Positions 7,401-13,938 of a DNA stretch of 18,273 nt are shown here, one piece after another. A model generated the notes under the pieces. It had not been told where the DNA came from and made no database searches. It worked only from the letters and a program-made list of their open reading frames with translations. The stretch spans positions 10,497,878 through 10,516,150 of the forward strand of contig CM120647.1 in assembly GCA_051362555.1 (NCBI GenBank), given 5' to 3'. Within the stretch, counting starts at the first letter, position 1; every line of letters begins with the position of its first letter. The position numbers were made by a program, and so were the translations under genes. The DNA comes from Lingula anatina. Its lineage: Eukaryota; Animalia; Brachiopoda.

Positions 7401-9705
7401 TTGTTACAGTGGATGTAACATCTGCTGGTATATTTACAACATTTCCTTCTAATTTGTATTGTTTTCCACGTGGAGCTTGTTGAAGCTTCATGAAAACTAA
7501 CCTTGGGCTAGTTAATCTCCACTCTAAAGGTTTTAAATCCAAGAAGCTGGGTTTTTCTGGAAACGACAGGCCATTCACTATAGCGCATGGAGGAATCTTG
7601 TTCTTTTTCAAATGAGAAGCGCATGTTAAACATATCCAATTACTGTCAAATAAATCACCAGTTTCTTTGCAATGTTTAACTGCATTATTCTCCAAATTCA
7701 TGATAGACTCTGAATTTATCACAGTATGCCTGTACCAAAGTTGTTGACAAATACAACATGTGTAAGTACAACCTTCAGCAACTTTTTTGTGGAATTGTTG
7801 TATTAACTGTTGAAGATTGGTATTGATTTTCTGTCTCTTATTACGTTTAGCTACTGAATCAGATTTTCTTTCGTGTTTTCTGAATTCGGGATCAGATCTT
7901 TTTAACCTTTTTTGGTTTTTCTCAGTCAGTTGGTATTCAGGATGAGCCCTTTTCAACTGTTTGTGCTTTAGAATTTTGTTCCTCTCATCGATCTGAGAAC
8001 GTTTTAGTCTCTGAGACTTTTGTTCACTTTTCCTATACTGTGGATCAGCCCTTTTCAACTGTTTGTGCTTTAGAATTTTGTTCTTCTCGTCGATCTGAGA
8101 ACGTTTTAGTCTCTGAGACTCTTGTTCGCGCTTCCTATACTGTGGATCAGTCCTTTTTAACTGTTTGTGCTTTAAAATTTTGCTCTTCACATCGACCTGA
8201 GAATATTTTAGTCTCTGAGATTCTTGTTCACGCTTCCTAAACTGTGGATCAGCCCTTTTCAACTGTTTGTGCTTTAAAATTTTGCTCTTCTCATCAAAGT
8301 GAGAACGTTTTAATCTCTGAGATTCTTGTTCACGTTTCCTAAACTGTGGATCAGCCCTTTTCAACTGTTTGTGCTTTAAAATTTTGCTCTTCACATCGAC
8401 CTGAGAACGTTTTAGTCTCTGGGATTCTTGTTCGCGCTTCCTAAACTGTGGATCAGACCTTTTCAACTGTTTGTGCTTTAAAATTTTGCTCTTCTCATCG
8501 ACCTGAGAACGTTTTAATCTCTGAGATTCTTGTTCGTTTTTTTTGTACTCTGGATCAGACCTTTTCAACTGTTTGTGTTTTTGAATTTTCCTTTTCACAT
8601 GGGACTGAGAACGTGTTATTCTTTGAGCATTTTGTTCAGCTTTCCTGTACTGTGGATCAGATCTAAGAAGTTGCATCCTGATTTTATTTTTCTCTCTTTT
8701 CAAAATATTTCTATCAGTGCTACTGGTTCCCACAAGTGAAGTATCCAAGACAGTTTTATTCACTGTGTCAATTTTGCTTTGTTGTTTGTCTTCTGTCCAT
8801 TTTAACTGCCTCTTCATTTCATCATGTAGCCTTTTCAAATGGGGTTTGTGCCAATTTGTTTTATCAAAAATGGATGAAATAGAATCAGAGGTAATGGTAT
8901 TACCAGTATGTTTTGTTAATGGTACCTTCTTCATTGAACTCGTTTTTGAATACTGAACACTTTTTTCCAAAGGTTTTAAGGATGTTTTTGATGTTACCAT
9001 ATCGGGCTCATTTTTTTTAATTTTTGAAGGAACTGATTGTTGTGATTTTTTCTTTAATTTGTGGGGTAACGTTGAGAGCTTTGGGTTGAATTGCATGTTT
9101 GATTTTACCAACTTATCTGATGGTGAAAAATTGTCTGAATATATCACAGACTTACTTGAAAGACCTGGAGCATCAGTGGCACTCAAACTGACAGGATAGG
9201 CTGTGTCAATTGTAGCATCTGAAGCATCTGTAACAGCTGTATCAACTGTAGGACCTATATAAGCTGCACGAACAGTAACATCTGAAGCAATGGGAATCTC
9301 AGTGTGTTCAGGAAATTCAGCATTTTCAGTGTTTTCAGTAATTGCACTATTTTCACAGTTTTCTGTGATTTCAGTATTTTCAGTAAATTCACTGTTTTTT
9401 TCAGTAATTTGTGTAATCTCAGTATTTTCAGTAATTTCACTGCTTTTCTCAGTAATTTCACTGCTTTTCTCAGTATTTTCACTGCATTTTTCTGTATTTT
9501 CACTGTTTTTCACAGAGCCCACCAAGGTGGGCGTGTCTACCGAAGTAGACACAATTTTCACAGAGCCCACCGAGGTGGGCGTGCCTGCTGAAGCAGGCAC
9601 AAAAGTTGATATGGAAGCCTCAATCACCCTCTGTCTTCTTTCTTGCATACTTTTCTTTTGAAGTGACCGCCTTCTGGTCATACTTTGCTTTTTCAAGCGA
9701 GGCAT
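1429..9705 (-). CDS. Helentron/Helitron2-type Rep-helicase-endonuclease transposase (ZnF/DUF6570-like, OTU, HUH Rep, Pif1-like helicase, EEP endonuclease), 2758 aa
   Basis: Seen: 8277-bp ORF with no stops. Motifs in order: CCICQQLWY...WICLTC; GDGNCFFRS...WGT...HYD; APGQEG..EELAFP; TFFCSFS; VEFQHRGSPHIHMLLW; YIVNYISK; GGAGVGKS; FIDEVSM; GDLFQLKPV; TIHRCQG; YVALSRV; WNCCSL, FTETR, IYRPP, GDFN, LDLVF, GDH. Known: this order is the RepHel-EN architecture of Helentrons. Confidence 0.95.
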   Translation of the reverse strand: MPRLKKQSMTRRRSLQKKSMQERRQRVIEASISTFVPASAGTPTSVGSVKIVSTSVDTPTLVGSVKNSENTEKCSENTEKSSEITEKSSEITENTEITQITEKNSEFTENTEITENCENSAITENTENAEFPEHTEIPIASDVTVRAAYIGPTVDTAVTDASDATIDTAYPVSLSATDAPGLSSKSVIYSDNFSPSDKLVKSNMQFNPKLSTLPHKLKKKSQQSVPSKIKKNEPDMVTSKTSLKPLEKSVQYSKTSSMKKVPLTKHTGNTITSDSISSIFDKTNWHKPHLKRLHDEMKRQLKWTEDKQQSKIDTVNKTVLDTSLVGTSSTDRNILKREKNKIRMQLLRSDPQYRKAEQNAQRITRSQSHVKRKIQKHKQLKRSDPEYKKNEQESQRLKRSQVDEKSKILKHKQLKRSDPQFRKREQESQRLKRSQVDVKSKILKHKQLKRADPQFRKREQESQRLKRSHFDEKSKILKHKQLKRADPQFRKREQESQRLKYSQVDVKSKILKHKQLKRTDPQYRKREQESQRLKRSQIDEKNKILKHKQLKRADPQYRKSEQKSQRLKRSQIDERNKILKHKQLKRAHPEYQLTEKNQKRLKRSDPEFRKHERKSDSVAKRNKRQKINTNLQQLIQQFHKKVAEGCTYTCCICQQLWYRHTVINSESIMNLENNAVKHCKETGDLFDSNWICLTCASHLKKNKIPPCAIVNGLSFPEKPSFLDLKPLEWRLTSPRLVFMKLQQAPRGKQYKLEGNVVNIPADVTSTVTKLPRTEADSSTIKVQLKRNVKFKNYAYAQNVRPNKVLEAAAWLTANGKLYQEKGITVDTTWKLEENPCSSDTFEQTKKEHTTINNLSEEQIQNLLKEFVCVECPANCENIQFSEEGHLMDQDGDFADEFYVILDKPYKYDPSVDVDKFVASIQNERKSTGSSEHPHTSGVPAFKSEGRGRSRYRKKINTIRSSSRARIEKVIAYKRHHILRKYKHLKLSYYGLFKRKKQGRTWYSRYFRTVKKIRHRVRNVLHLQKELSYLQQRHILPTYCESENEVQHLRTDNTSFHFMPVDAFWQEKITEKLNLSLKRLHNWPETGNNILLTNPRQLKKVIGDGNCFFRSLSFAITGSDTLYDNDHIILRNNIVSHMKQLEYAFASSMLGDNDSTSANYIRRTGMDIENVWGTETEILAAAHLLQTDIYVYSKPGNSWKWLKYSADFLDQNNHSHNTAIYLQNTNSDHYDIVQSVCDSSLSADSINKNLLQTKQVTQAKSDISKHLQANDITDWDEIDEEEMKPGIRDTMLTGRDFLEDTEREKIYSFAPGQEGHPLSIFRDEHCEELAFPEIFLGNARPANKNRLVPVHYSDICKSELRRIDRRASMCVDNIFFKAKKLQMKRLIGSASLAVRKHKTSGKKLTAGDLKQSGAIEKLLHFDEGYTFLKGVRGSPPYFEKAKKDLFAMIRQLGAATFFCSFSSAETKWNHLLRTLGQLVDNKHYSESELEQLSWDEKCRLIQSDPITCARHFDYQVQCLIHHFLCHKVAPLGKIQDFFYRVEFQHRGSPHIHMLLWIENAPIYGVSSNEDIIQFVDSTICCSKPNEDDPMKELVSYQTHKHTRTCIKNLKKSCRFHFPQPPMKKSIILKPLEDTSQKKEYAKVWTQIYNIINDKDFTGVSLTFKEFLNKVQVSEEDYILAVRSTIKTDTLFLKRLPCEIWINNYSRSCLQAWRANMDIQFVLDIYACATYIVNYISKGQRGMSDLLYQACKEAREGNSDIKQQVRHIGNKFLNNVEISAQEASYITLQLPMRRASRSFVFINTTPPEDRVRLLKPLEEIKELEDESDNIESSNLLKRYSRRLPSLDKVSLADFAAYYDNNLNIIGGGKKRSSRILDTDGMPLEKHDLENFEDDIHDIPCETDIIKRKKAKIIRSVWFSESLYPEKHYRELLMLYIPWRNEESDILQNFESYEQRCQHLQNEILEQQRLYSPAKDELHRAMEDLNNMDSEDEDTWATVAPNTECQNEVDQCEPSDVVQSSVGLSYDLAEDLGIHVSAKSCTEEEIVNKEIPDISFYKMIRNMNRQQLEFFHHVLHLIKSNSDPFHIFLSGGAGVGKSFVTRALYQGILKYLSGLPGEDFRTIRVALVAPTGKAAYNIGGHTIHSLLKIPANQSLKYKRLSADVLNSFRYKLGSLKVLFIDEVSMVGSKMLSFINERLKELKNNDRLFGGVSIVAIGDLFQLKPVFDNWIFENPNNDYYPLATNLWQKHFHMYELTQIMRQKDSKEFAEILNRLREGHHTDKDIKVLSERQLDESKTSQQPLLHVFQTNALVENFNHASFQNAKGEKFQIAATDTITGPVPKHLENNIRKQIPLDHKKTMNLRRILHIAVGERTEVVLNVDTEDGITNGAPNVVKLVDLDRQLIWVQFDAEDIGKNARRMNKPLYNSNISKTWTPIFPVKRQFHLGKTGQYQVVRKQFPLQLSAAKTIHRCQGDTLKELVVDLSGRKNEHMHYVALSRVEKLEGLHILELNASKICISDKVKQEMKRLRLEAQLVKSISFLYEQPDDHFKIIHWNCCSLHKYIDDIRKNFDVAKADVCAFTETRFAIKDLNTKYQLKDKYLHRNDSSRHRQHGTAIYSHHRYAENFPKNYNFSGIEITVTRLDQFPDFVLVTIYRPPHGKMQVLLEALRNILDTIDKTDKCVILGDFNVNWLHENNANALRKMMCQDLMFRQHVTTPTTIYDSALDLVFTNFDHADLKIIVLPTYFGDHFPVCLSFPKDCL
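1445..2075 (-). other. AP-endonuclease-like (EEP) domain of the transposase
   Basis: IIHWN (2050-2066), FTETR (~1965-1980), TIYRPP (~1745-1765), ILGDFN (~1650-1670), LDLVF (~1528-1543), GDHFPV (~1460-1477): the full EEP catalytic set. Confidence 0.9.
2130..3530 (-). other. Pif1-family (SF1B) helicase domain
   Basis: Walker A SGGAGVGKS (~3421-3447), APTGKAA, TIHS, Walker B FIDEVSM (~3160-3180), GDLFQLKPV, LTQIMRQKD, FPLQLSAAKTIHRCQG, YVALSRV. Confidence 0.95.
4340..5790 (-). other. HUH-Y2 rolling-circle replication initiator (Rep) domain
   Basis: Motif 1 TFFCSFS (~5320-5345), motif 2 EFQHRGSPHIH (~5051-5086), motif 3 YIVNYISK (~4498-4521), plus a HxHxxxC..C cluster (QTHKHTRTC...CRFHFP, ~4855-4920). 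Confidence 0.93.
6005..6420 (-). other. OTU-like cysteine protease (deubiquitinase-fold) domain
   Basis: VIGDGNCFFRSLS (Cys at ~6388-6390), WGTETEILAAAHLL, and distal HYD (His at ~6022-6024): typical OTU catalytic motifs. Confidence 0.88.
7255..7775 (-). other. Cys-rich zinc-finger plus DUF6570-like region
   Basis: CCICQQLWY..., WICLTCASHLKKNKIP..AIVNGL, LEWRLTSPRLVFMK...GNVVNIP...IKVQLKR...VRPNKVLEAAAWL; recognised from memory as the pre-Rep region of Helentron proteins. Confidence 0.7.
7870..8664 (-). repeat. In-frame 102-bp (34-aa) tandem repeat, 7 full units plus partial units
   Basis: tggatcag recurs at 8041, 8143, 8245, 8347, 8449, 8551, 8653 (period 102). Protein unit RxDPQ(F/Y)RKREQESQRLKRSQxDxKSKILKHKQLK. 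Confidence 0.97.
9320..9505 (-). repeat. In-frame low-complexity 9/21-bp repeats (EKSSEIT / ENTEIT)
   Basis: cagtaatttcactgcttttct occurs twice in tandem, with many degenerate ttttcagt variants. Confidence 0.85.
9507..9600. repeat. 48-bp direct duplication, each unit made of two abutting perfect palindromes
   Basis: gcccacc-aa-ggtgggc (9517-9532), gtgtctac-cgaa-gtagacac (9533-9552), gcccacc-ga-ggtgggc (9565-9580), gtgcctgc-tgaa-gcaggcac (9581-9600). Confidence 0.95.
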
Positions 9706-9730
9706 CTAGAAATACAAAAAAAAAATATAT
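9706..9730 (-). promoter_or_regulatory. Probable 3' splice acceptor immediately before the transposase ATG
   Basis: Minus strand reads ...ttttttttttgtatttctag|ATGCCT: a polypyrimidine tract and YAG directly abutting the start codon. Confidence 0.65.
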
Positions 9731-10047
9731 GTATATAATTTTTATTGGCTCAAAGTTATACATATCCATCAAGATGGTTGAAAGGGGAAAACTATAATAG
9801 AAACTGAGAGAGTTGTAAACAGTTTCTTTTAAGTGCAACTGCTTGAAAAGCCCTTAACAAACTACCAAGACTAACAAGTGCACTGAAAATAAAACATTAT
9901 CAAACAAAAAAATATTAACTGATGTGTTGATTCTGTAATTAAAGGTACATATCAATGGAGTGTGGATCCCCAGTATCGCATGTAAAACACTTCTACTAGT
10001 TACTTGTATAACAGAAATGAAGTTAACATGCCAATGGACAAAACAAA

Positions 10048-11926
10048 CTAGAGGATCAGAGAGGCGATACCGCCTCCGAATATTGTACCACCAGCTGGAG
10101 CAAGCGCATTCGTACAGACCCCCACATACACAAAATAAGGGACACAGCCACCAGTCTTGTGCTTGACAAGCTGTAAAAATGCAATCAACAAGAATTTTCA
10201 AAATATGCAAAAAATATATATAACTAAAAATGGTACAATCAAATTAAAGTTCATCGTAAGGTAGGTCAAAGTTCAATTTCAAGGTTACAGTAAGATTGCC
10301 AGTATATGTCTTCCTATTCAAGTTCAATAGTGACTATGGACTTTTCTCTGCCAGTTTTGGAGATAAAAGGGAAGCAAAATTTGCAAAGTTCAGTTCATGG
10401 TGAAAAGAAGGTCAAAGGTCACAGTTAATTGCCTCTAATGACTTTCTATTAAAATTCAATAGTAACTATGGACGTATCTCTGAAAATAAAAGCATTAAAA
10501 AGTTGCAAAGCATAAAAAAGTTGCAAAGTTCAGTTCATGGTGAAAAGTAGGTCAAAGGTCAATTTCAAGGTCACAGTAAGATTGCCAGTATATGACTTCC
10601 TATTCAACTTCAATAGTAACTATGGACCTATCTCTGCCAGTTTTGGAGATAAAAGGGAAGCAAAATTTGCAAAGTTCAGTTCATGGTGAAAAGTAGGTCA
10701 AAGGTCAATTTTAAGGTCACATTTAGCTTGCCAGTATATGACTTCCTATTCAACTTCAATAGTAACTATGGACCTATCTCTGCCAGTTTTGGAGATAAAA
10801 GGGAAGCAAAATTTGCAAAGTTCAGTTCATGGTGAAAAGTAGGTCAAAGGTCAATTTTAAGGTCACATTTAGATTGCCAGTATATGACTTCCTATTCAAC
10901 TTCAATAGTAACTATGGACCTATCTCTGCCAGTTTTGGAGATATAAGGGACTAAATGTTATAATTTTGGGGTTACCATAATGTGCCATAAATTTCCTACA
11001 GAAAAAATTAATTAAAATAAAGAAAAGGTCATTTTGGTCAAAATTCTTGAAATGGGAGGTGCTCTGAAGTTCCAGAAGTTCAAATTTGATGAAATAATGT
11101 CATTTTTGACCACAAGTTGTCTGCTTTACCAAGCCTTATGTTTTATTTTTCCAGAGTTTAAAATTTATTATCCATTACCGTACTGCACATTTTGCTTTCA
11201 CCACCAATATGTACTTTTTGATACAGCGTAACTCGAAAACCGTATGGAATACAAAAAAATGGAGACCACCTTCAGTGTTGGGCTTTACATGCTCTACAAA
11301 ATGCAAAAAAGAATGGGTCTCTAGCATTAACGGTTCCTGAATTAGAGACAGTTTTCAGTTTCGTTATCTTATGGCCGCTACTCCCGTGAAAATGCACCGA
11401 TTGACCCCAAATTTACGGATATGAAAGATGACCTGAAGGGTAACATTTTCCAGTAATATTATTGGTTAAGTCTGTGTGGTGTCTGAATAACAGCGCAAAT
11501 AATTTTTTTTTTCGTAAAAAAATTCATTTTTTTGAAAATTTTGGCCCGTTTGACCTTGAAATAAAGGTCAAAGGTCAAATCCAAGGGCATATTTGAAATC
11601 TACACATATGACTTTTGGAAAGCCATCTGTAGAAATTTTCCCATAATTCCTTCCGTAGGGTAGATAATTAGCATTTAATTTTGCCATTTTTGGACAAGGG
11701 TGCATTGCAATGAATGCCACACCTAGACCCCAATACCGACAAAGCCCAAATTTTACGTGGAACGAGTTGAGATTATAGGTGACCTAAATCCAAAAGATGG
11801 GTATGGGGGCCCTTACCGTCTAGGAGGAGAAGCGGTAACGGTAACATGGCTGCGGAGCCGGCGGAACAGACCGGACGGGACTAAAACCATGTGTACCGCC
11901 AGCGCTAACGCTGGTGGTACAATTAA
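10048..11926 (-). mobile_element. Complete non-autonomous Helentron-associated element (HINE/DINE-1-like), family A copy 1
   Basis: 14-bp subterminal inverted repeats attgtaccaccagc (10082-10095) and gctggtggtacaat (11910-11923); 5' stem-loop tgtaccgccagcg-ctaa-cgctggtggtaca (11892-11921); degenerate GC-rich microsatellite (11832-11879); 3' hairpin gaggcg-atac-cgcctc (10061-10076); ends CTAG|TTT on the minus strand; internal tandem array; no TSD. Confidence 0.9.
10245..10950. repeat. ~146-bp tandem repeat array, about 5 units, inside HINE A1
   Basis: gtaggtcaaag-type anchor at 10261, 10407, 10547, 10693, 10839. Confidence 0.95.
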
Positions 11927-12842
11927 TCACTTCATCAACCATAAAAGAGCCTTAAACTGTATGTTATTTAAATTAGAGGTTAATTTGGACTACTTATCTA
12001 ACCTAGTAATATTTATGAGTCCCATTTATATACAGCATAGAAAGCAGAGAGAAGAACCTATTCACATATGCCTTTGGTGTTGTTTTAAGTAATGCTAGTT
12101 AATTACGACACAGTGACTAGCAACTCATTCCCTCTGTAGGGAACTAATAAGGTGATACTTTTAGCACAACAGTGTTCGATATGCACATTGATGCTCTGGG
12201 TGACAAGTAAAATCAGCCCAACACTAATCTGGTCACCATTTCTGCACCAAACACCTGTAAATTGCACATTGCAGACAGATGATCTATTTAAGGGTCTACT
12301 GCATATTCAAAAGCAACCTTCAAATGTGAACAATCAGTCATGAGCAAAAAAAAGAATTTTTTTGAGCCTTTTCTCATATTTGGAGAAACCAACCAGTGGA
12401 TACTGACATTTCAAATTTCAGGGAAGTATACAACAGTATTATATTAAACAAAATTGCCATAAAGGCTTGATGTTTCAAAATAACCAACCCACATATTTCC
12501 AACAATTAAGTATCTACCTATCTAAAAGTATTACCTTGGTATGTACTTGGCTGCTAGTAGCTATCTATATAAAGTGCACATAACTTACTTACTTAGATGA
12601 TCCTGAGACTTAAATGACAAGTATCTAAAACAATACTTACATTCTATTGCCACACTAATTATCCTGACAAGGTGACTGAGTGGCTACGGTAACTGTGAAC
12701 TGGAAAAAACATAATATTATATAAACACAAATGACTATTATTCCATCTAGCAGTGATGCTCCTTATATAACAAACATACTCCTTTACTTTTCAACAGCTC
12801 CACATGTTGCGAAGAAACTATGGTTACTCAAAAAATATACAG

Positions 12843-12845
<3 letters not shown>

Positions 12846-12891
<46 letters not shown>
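12846..12891. repeat. (AAT)n microsatellite, target site of HINE B
   Basis: About 15 AAT units directly left of the element; AAT runs resume at 13728 and 13790. Confidence 0.95.
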
Positions 12892-12892
<1 letters not shown>

Positions 12893-13019
12893 TAGACTGC
12901 AACTGGCTAAAGCCAGTGGCGGAGGATTCCCCTACAAAATAGGTGTGGAAATGCTCTTACAAGGTCATGTGATGGTCATGGGTTAAATTTGACCCCATAT
13001 TCTTAAAGAGCATGTGCGA

Positions 13020-13057
<38 letters not shown>

Positions 13058-13789
13058 CAACAAAACATCACTTTTAGCCCACTTCAATATTTCTCCATGA
13101 AATAGCCAAATGACCTTGAAGATGAGGATCAAGGTCAAATTTGACATTTGATTTGGGGGTTTTGGGTATATGTTTGGGGTAGTTTACTATAGCATGGTAT
13201 GACCAAAAACCAGTGTTTCATGGAGAAATTGCCAAACTCAAGATTTCTGCAATGTCATAAAAATTTAAAAATCTATATTAAAAAAAGTAATTATGCAGTC
13301 GGCTAACCTTAGATAAATATATAGGGCATCATTTGCCACTATGATCGGGGCTCTGGGACTTCTCGGTTTCTGAGATCTCGGAAACAAACCTTTTTTGAGC
13401 CCGTTTGACCATTAGTGACCTTGACCTACTTGCATAAAAGTAGGTCATTATCTGTGGATTCACCTCTGTATCACTGACCATAAGGCCCATAGCCATACAG
13501 CTTATACTTAAGGCCTAATGTCAATTTCAAATTTTACAAAATTTGCCTTTAAAAGCCCCTGTGACCTTGAAAAGTAGGTCAAGGTCACTGAAACTGGGTC
13601 TCTGGCATATTCTTGCCATAGGCTACCTATGATAATTATTTCAGATTTTTTGCGAAAAAAAAACGCGCGGAAAGAATAACTATAATAATAATACCAAAAA
13701 CAATAGTATTCCCCTATGGGGAATCCTAATAATAATAATAATAATAATAATAAGACCAAAAACAATAGTATTCCCCTATGGGGAATCCT
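12892..13789 (-). mobile_element. Non-autonomous HINE/DINE-1-like element, family B, with duplicated 5' terminus
   Basis: CTAG at 12892-12895; hairpin actggct-aa-agccagt (12902-12917); subTIR aggattcccc (12923-12932) vs ggggaatcct (13718-13727 and 13780-13789); terminal stem-loop attcccc-tat-ggggaat; absent from the paralogous site at ~16052-16085. Confidence 0.92.
13023..13056 (+). repeat. G34 homopolymer inside HINE B
   Basis: Seen directly. Confidence 0.9.
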
Positions 13790-13938
13790 AATAATAATAA
13801 TATCTTATAGTCTAAAATCCATATAAAATGTTCAGTAGCTTTTACAGGGGTAAAATGAGGAGAATATGATCAGATAGAGTCAATGAATAAATGGACAGTT
13901 AGGATATTAAGATATTAAAATATATAGTACAATGTAAA

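Larger units (their letters stand above)
1429..9705 (-). mobile_element. Putative autonomous Helentron (endonuclease-bearing Helitron); only the minimum extent is given, true termini not found in the window
   Basis: Inferred from the encoded Rep + helicase + C-terminal endonuclease, and RGSPH rather than RGLPH in Rep motif 2. No matching subTIR/hairpin pair was seen flanking the ORF. Confidence 0.88.
12413..13938. repeat. Local segmental duplication, copy 1 (interrupted by HINE B; ends at the HINE A2 junction)
   Basis: Near-identical to 15608..16216 once 12892..13789 is removed; weaker similarity extends left (12303-12350 vs 15520-15570). Confidence 0.93.

Noticed and set aside
7870-8664. 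CRISPR-like array
   Set aside because: Units are contiguous near-identical coding repeats with no unique spacers and no cas genes; eukaryotic context.
1556-9797. Numerous short plus-strand and alternate-frame ORFs overlapping the large ORF
   Set aside because: Antisense or frame shadows of the long CDS and its repeats; no independent coding signal.
12804-13765. ORFs with poly-Ile or poly-Leu (12804..12986, 13508..13765) resembling signal or membrane peptides
   Set aside because: They are translations of (AAT)n microsatellites at element junctions.
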